This document shows, one piece after another, positions 59,501 to 64,000 of a stretch of 64,000 bases of DNA; the first letter of the stretch is position 1; the number at the start of each line of letters is the position of its first letter. Source of the DNA: an uncultured Chloroflexia bacterium (GTDB lineage Bacteria > Chloroflexota > Anaerolineae > CG2-30-64-16); contig CAWEMM010000006.1 in assembly GCA_963810095.1 (NCBI GenBank), positions 1,792,001 through 1,856,000 on the forward strand, given 5' to 3'. Made by a program: the position numbers and the translations under genes. The notes under the pieces were generated by a model. That model saw only the letters and a program-made list of their open reading frames with translations. It made no database searches and was not told where the DNA came from.

Positions 59501-59861
59501 ACGGGAGGTCGACGAGTTCGGGCGCTTCGCCGAGGCGCAGGCGCAAGCGCAGACCGCGACCTTGCCGGGCCGCCTCGTCCATGCTGCTGCGGAGGCAGCC
59601 GCGCACCTCGCCGCTGAAGACCGCTTCGTACAAGCGCCCGCCAAATGTGCGGGCCGCCTCGAGCTCGGGGGTGCCCACGCGCCGTGTGGTCCGCCGGGTG
59701 CGGCTCATCCGCAGGACGAAGTTCTCGAGCTCGAGGTCGGAAAAGGGCAGCACGAAGTCGCCAGAGGCCCGGCCCGCAGGCGAGGCCAGCACGTTGACCC
59801 GGTAGCCCTGCCCGGCGCGCTCAACCTGGAGATCGAAGTCCAGGTAGGCAATGTCCTCCAT
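56589..59861 (-). CDS. CHAT (caspase/HetF-like) protease + single TM + external beta-propeller (two-component-regulator propeller type)
   Basis: LPWE, HFIGHG, LVVLNSCEG, VLAMQ, EWGTPVLY; TM WALAGVVVVLVLAFAL; many DG.lW.g(T) and GLP repeats. Confidence 0.9.
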   Translation of the reverse strand: MEDIAYLDFDLQVERAGQGYRVNVLASPAGRASGDFVLPFSDLELENFVLRMSRTRRTTRRVGTPELEAARTFGGRLYEAVFSGEVRGCLRSSMDEAARQGRGLRLRLRLGEAPELVDLPWEFLYSPALNRFFALSNTTPIVRYLDLPEPVAPLAVQPPLRLLTVIASPRDFPALDVAQEWAKLRDALKELEDSGRISLERLEPPTLAALQRRLRAGPCHILHFIGHGTFDEATQDGQLLLEDKDGRGHVISAQDLGVLLHDHPPMRLVVLNSCEGARTSRTDPFAGTAQSLVQQGMPAVLAMQFEISDDAAILTGHEFYSALAAGYPADAALAEARKAIFTSGTGAEWGTPVLYLRAPDGRLFGMSTPAPPPKPPPAAPEPAPRRVPARKLQWALAGVVVVLVLAFALSRVLPGLRGATLAGQVRAPGAGTTAGTAIAGERPPEATQPAGATRGAEASPAGQASPEKSTPGAPGQGANATSKTIEQLVAANPRVSSSTAWVHDLVPASDGVWAATSGGLVRWKADGTSKVFTSGDGLPFSHAQSLLGMPDGSLWVGGNSAVLHAQPVGETLGEIKRYSEAEGVLMGEQPRFLLDTDGSIWLATQYGQGPPVQRFDGKLWRAPDLPSVPEDDPALKDARPLITSMVRARDGSFWVGLDAAVILRFDGAKWSVFGPEQGLAEKQGVRHLLEDERGTLWATTGDGGLLRFEPDSGKWKRTEFQRADAPIYWISELPDKSLWASGDDFIAKSTDGGQNWTPAATPGDDLYFPTVVVQDGAGVIWAATGNGLAAYDGSQWRTLRRPGEPSTHRMGQIVPDPDGKLWVLPEYGGVPSVIDPATGEATAPSQWPPNLPDIISMAFGDGATWAGTSNGLLRVQDGSLRSLGQADGLPDNKVGALVATTRTLWIGTSQGLATLDLATGQVTGTVEALAGQAVDRLAVAPDGTVWAGTHWGVDGEHSAIYRIAGANPQSWPNDQLPLNGPHWVESLAVAEDGTAWVGSDGGLYRWDRQKWLGWADGQGAPPSGDLYAILSHDGAVWIAGHSRRIDRWDAKNGWRRIRPKGLTADVLDMFVTGDGSLWLATGDGLLRYGP

Positions 59862-60070
59862 GTGGACCGTCCGTGCGGCCCGCCCCGGCGCGTCGTATGA
59901 GCGTTGTCGTGCCTACGGGGCGAGCACTTGACTTGTATCACACTCGTCCCGTTCTTGTCAATGGCCGACCCGAAGAAGTCGAGCCCCAGCTCGGCCGTCA
60001 TTTCGGTGCTGGCGTTATGTTATACTCGGAGTCACAACTCGATCAGAAGTACGAACATGGGGAGATCCGC

Positions 60071-60500
60071 ATGGACAGGCATTTCGTAGAACTTAATCGT
60101 GCGTCGACCGAGCGTATGCGTGACCTGGCCCAACGGTTGACCGACGAGCAGCTCCTGACGCCGGTCGGCCAGCACTGGACCGTGGCCATCGTGATGGCCC
60201 ATCTCGCATTCTGGGACCGCCGGGTGCTCTACGTGCTCGATATGACCGAGCGCGACGGAAAGCTCCTGGTCCCCACGATCGACATCCTGGTCAATGATCT
60301 GTCGCTGCCCTTGTGGGCGGCCATCCCGCCCCGCATCGCCTGCACGATCGCGATCGAGGCGGCAGAGGCGCTCGACGCGCTGGCTGGCAGGTTACCCCGA
60401 GCCCCTGCTCGACGAGGTCTACCGGTTTAACCCGCGCTGGGTCGTGCGCGCGCTGCATCGGGGAGAGCACCTCTCCGAGGCCGAGGCCGCGTTGGCTTAG
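60071..60500 (+). CDS. DinB/MDMPI-like four-helix protein; frameshift near 60380
   Basis: WTVAIVMAHLAFWD; C-terminal HRGEHL in the second frame. Confidence 0.8.
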
Positions 60501-60512
60501 GGGAGGGTTCGC

Positions 60513-60713
60513 CTAAGTCCCCAGGACGGCTGCCTTCACGCGCCCTACCCGGCCGTCTTCCAGCATCACCTTGATGCCGTGGGGGTGGGTCGGGCTCTTG
60601 GTCAGTATCCGGGCGACAATCCCCTCGGTCGTCACCCCGCTCCGTTGGTTTTGCTTTTCGACGATCAGCACGCGCATGCCGGGCGCGATTTCGCTGCGTG
60701 ATGGTACGGCCAC
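60513..60713 (-). CDS. YwbE (DUF2196) family protein
   Basis: KQNQRSG..TEG.V..ILTKSPTHPHGIKVMLEDGRVGRV; GTG start with GGAGG. Confidence 0.9.
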   Translation of the reverse strand: MAVPSRSEIAPGMRVLIVEKQNQRSGVTTEGIVARILTKSPTHPHGIKVMLEDGRVGRVKAAVLGT

Positions 60714-60846
60714 TTGCAGGACCTCCACGATACTTCTGCGGATGGTGCATGATATCATGAGATAGCAACCGGCGCGCGGCGTTCTGAACAGGTGTATACT
60801 GTGGTCGTCCGGCCTGGTCTTCCCTGATCCAACAGGAGGCTTTCCA

Positions 60847-63800
60847 ATGACGCGCAGCCTTCGTTCCTGGATTCGGCCCGCGGCGCTCGCCCCGGCCGCG
60901 CTCATCGTGTTCCTCGTTCTCGCCTTCGCCGCCGCTTCCGCACCGGAGTCCGCCGTATGGGCGCAAGATGCGAAGCAGGCCGCAACGCATTTCCCCAACT
61001 CCCCCGCGCCCGCAGCGTCGCTGCCCTTCGTTCAAGTAACGAACAGTCCTGCCTACGATGGCCCGATGTCGCTGGTCCAAACGGCGAGCGGAACGCTGCT
61101 CGTGGTGTTCGAGCGATACAGCGAGCTGTGGTCGCGGAGGAGCACGGATGGCGGCGCGACGTGGGGCGACGAGGCGCGGCATCGATTGGTGCTGCCGCTC
61201 GAACCCCTCGCTGGCGCTTGCGGCCGACGGGAGGCTGTTGCTGGCGTATGAGTCGGCCGGGCACCTCTGGCTGCGCAGCAGCACGGACAACGGCGTCTCA
61301 TGGGGGTCCGAGCGCAAACTGCCGACCGACACGTTTGGCGAAGCCAGCCCGGCCGTGTGGACGTCGCCGGACGGCGGGGTGTGGCTGGCGTGGCACGGCC
61401 TGCGCGAGCGACAGATGGGCGATGTCGTGGTGGTGGAGACCGGCCTCTTTTTTCAGTCAAGCTCGGATGGCGGCCAGACGTGGACGGCGAGCGCGGTGCT
61501 GGCGCCGGGTGGGGCCACGCCGGCCGGCATGGCCGCGGGTGAGGGCGACCAACTCGTCGTCTACACGAACGACAGCGGCGGCCTCTATCAGCGCAGCATG
61601 CGGGGTGCCGCCGGCTGGTCTGACGAGAAGGCAATCGCTCCTTGCTGCCACGGCGATCCCGCGGTTGCTGTCCAGGGCGGTGCAGCCTGGCTGGCCTACG
61701 AGAAGAGCGACGGCGATATCTGGTATCGCACCAGCGCGGACGGCGGCGCCACGTGGTCGAGTGAGAGCCGCTACACACGTTTTGCCGGCATGGATCGCGC
61801 GGTGGCTGTGGCGGCCCTGTCCGGCGGTCGGGCAGGCTTCGCCTGGCAGTCAGACCGCAGCGGCAACTCGGATGCCTGGTTCGGCGTCCCCGGCGAGCGG
61901 GAAGACGTGCGGCCCCCACCTTATGTCGTGTGGGACAACCGCTTGCCGGCCTGCAACCTGACGAGCGACACGCCGATCACGGTGCAGGCCTATGTCCTTG
62001 ACGAGACAGGGCTGGCAAAAGTGGAGTTAGTGTGGACGCTCGACGACAAGGGGCAGCCTGCCGCGCCCATGTTCGACGACGGCGGGCATGACGATGGTGG
62101 GCCGGGTGACAATGCTTGGGGCGTCCGGTTCGGGCCATTGCCGGCTGGCAGCCGCATTAACTACAGCGTGCGCGCAACCGACGTGGACGGCAATGCTTAT
62201 CTGTCTCCCCCAGCTTCGGCCACCGTGCTCATGCCCTTCGCCAAGACGTCTGACCTACTGCTCGTGCCTGATGCTCCGGGGGCGCCACCCGGGGCATTCA
62301 CATCGTACTACACCGCGGCGCTCGATGCATTCGGGTTTACCTATGACGTGTGGGATCCCGCAGCGCGCTGCCTGCCTGATGGCGCGATTCTGGCCCAATA
62401 CGCCAGCGGCGCTGTGATCTGGGCCCAGGCCGACTATATCGATGCGGGCGCGGTGCCGGCGCTGCTATCGGCTTATCTCGACGCGGGCGGGCGGCTGTTC
62501 CTGACGGGGCAGAACGTCGGCGAGGTCCTGGCGTGGAATGGTCAAGACCAGTTTTTGCGCGATTACCTGCATGCCCGTTTTCTTGGCAGCGACAGCGGCC
62601 TCTTCGCGCTGTCAGGGGTGGACGGCAGCCCTGTGGGCAGCGGGCTCCGGTTGAGCATCGCCGGCGGCGACGGGGCGAACAATCAGAATTCGAAGGACGA
62701 GATCGAACCGATCGCGCCCGCCCGCGCGGCCTTCCTCTATCGCACGACCGGGAGTGCCTCGCTGGCGGGCGCGGCTGCACCGGTCGCACCGGGCCCAAGC
62801 CTGGCGGCGACCCCGGCATCACCGGAGCCTGCACCAACCTTGGCCCCTGCGCCGACGATGGCGCCAGAGCCGACGCCCATTGCGACCGTCGTGCCGCCGA
62901 CACCGCCAGCGTGCGCGGGCGCGTGCGGCGCGGGGCTCACAGTCGACACGGGCCGGTACAAGCTCGTCTACTTTGCCTTTGGCTTCGAGGCGATCGACCA
63001 GGCCGCGCACCGGGCCGAGGTCATGGGGCGCGTGATGGGGTGGCTGGGCGGGCAGCTTCTGCTCCTCGCGCCGGCCCAAGACGAGGTGCTGCCGGTGGGA
63101 AGCGTCGTATTCAGTTGGAGCAGTGTGGACGCCCCCAGTTATGAGATCCAGATTGACAGGGTTCCGACGTTCGACTCGCCAGAGCTAACGGCCGCGACCG
63201 TACCGAGCATCCAGTATCGCGGCACGGTCGGCGAACCAGGCAAGCACTTCTGGCGCGTCCGGGCTACGGGCGGCGAGTGGGCGGCCCCCCGCAGCTTCTT
63301 CGTCCAGCTGCCGGTCGTCCCGGTGACGGCTAACCCGGCAGACGACACGGCGCCGGCCCTGGTGCAGGCCGGCGACAAGCTGCTGGCCGTATTTGGTCGC
63401 GACGGTGCGCTCTTCTCGCGCGTCAGCAGCGAGGCGGAGCGCGTCTGGAGCGACGAGCAGGAAATCGCCCCCTGCTGCCGCTACAATCCCAGCCTCACGC
63501 GCGCCTCGGATGGGAAGTTGTGGCTGGCGTACGAACGCGAGCGGGAAATCTGGCTCCGTGCCAGCCGGGACGGCGGCGGGAGCTGGGACGCGGAGCAGCG
63601 GATTGATACGGGCGGGGCCGAGGCCTACAGCCCGGCCCTCGTGCCCGCCGCCGACGGCAGGCTCGGGGTGTTCTGGCGCGGCTCGTCCGCCGACTCGCCC
63701 CGTGCGATCCGCTACAGCTCTTCTGCCGACGGGGTCGGCTGGACGCCCCCAGCTGCACTGCCTGACCCGGTCTGGGAGGACGATGCGCCGTCGGCCGCCG

Positions 63801-64000
63801 CAACGGAAGGCGGGCGGCTGATCGTGGTCTGGCAGCGTTACGACGGGCTGTGGCAGCGCAGCACGACTGATGGCGGCGCGACCTGGTCGGAGGCGCGGCA
63901 GATCACGTCTCGCTGGGGAGATCGCGATCCCGCCCTGGCCGCTCGAGGTAACGCCTTATGGCTGGTCTATGAGCGGGAAGCCGAGATCTACTTCCGGACG
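60847..64000 (+). CDS. Large secreted multidomain protein with BNR/Asp-box (sialidase-like) propellers; frameshift near 61178, runs off the window
   Basis: Signal peptide; repeated S.D.G.(T/S)W; MFDDGGHDDG..GD motif; YLDAGGRLFLTGQ...YFAFGFEAI domain; FN3-like HFWRVRA; the second frame appears open from 61181 to the window end. Confidence 0.85.

Overview
GC-rich bacterial chromosomal window with about 55 protein-coding genes. No rRNA, tRNA, CRISPR array or transposase was recognised. Gene content and the style of palindromic repeats suggest an anaerobic or facultative Chloroflexota (Anaerolineae-like) genome; this is an inference. Main blocks: (1) a peroxiredoxin-glutaredoxin fusion missed by the ORF track because its catalytic codon is an in-frame TGA followed by a SECIS-like hairpin, so it is probably a selenoprotein; (2) acyl-CoA dehydrogenase, chromate transporter, pgm and a MacAB-type exporter; (3) a rex / CBS / B12-radical SAM / four-subunit 2-oxoacid:ferredoxin oxidoreductase / aminotransferase cluster; (4) asnS, a WecA-like transferase, and mevalonate kinase beside a UbiD decarboxylase (likely the archaeal-type mevalonate pathway); (5) a divergent Amt-family protein lacking canonical pore residues; (6) an RPH-like phosphotransferase and a eukaryote-like neutral sphingomyelinase; (7) pdhABC; (8) a STAND-type cyclase-TPR protein with a small partner gene, a membrane-anchored CHAT protease with an external beta-propeller, and a large secreted BNR-repeat protein. 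Many intergenic gaps carry palindromic repeats, including a 9-nt-periodic family, and some repeats appear to have been recruited into coding sequence. About 14 single-base frameshifts, some in core genes, most likely reflect long-read consensus errors. All calls come from reading motifs by eye; no database search was run.
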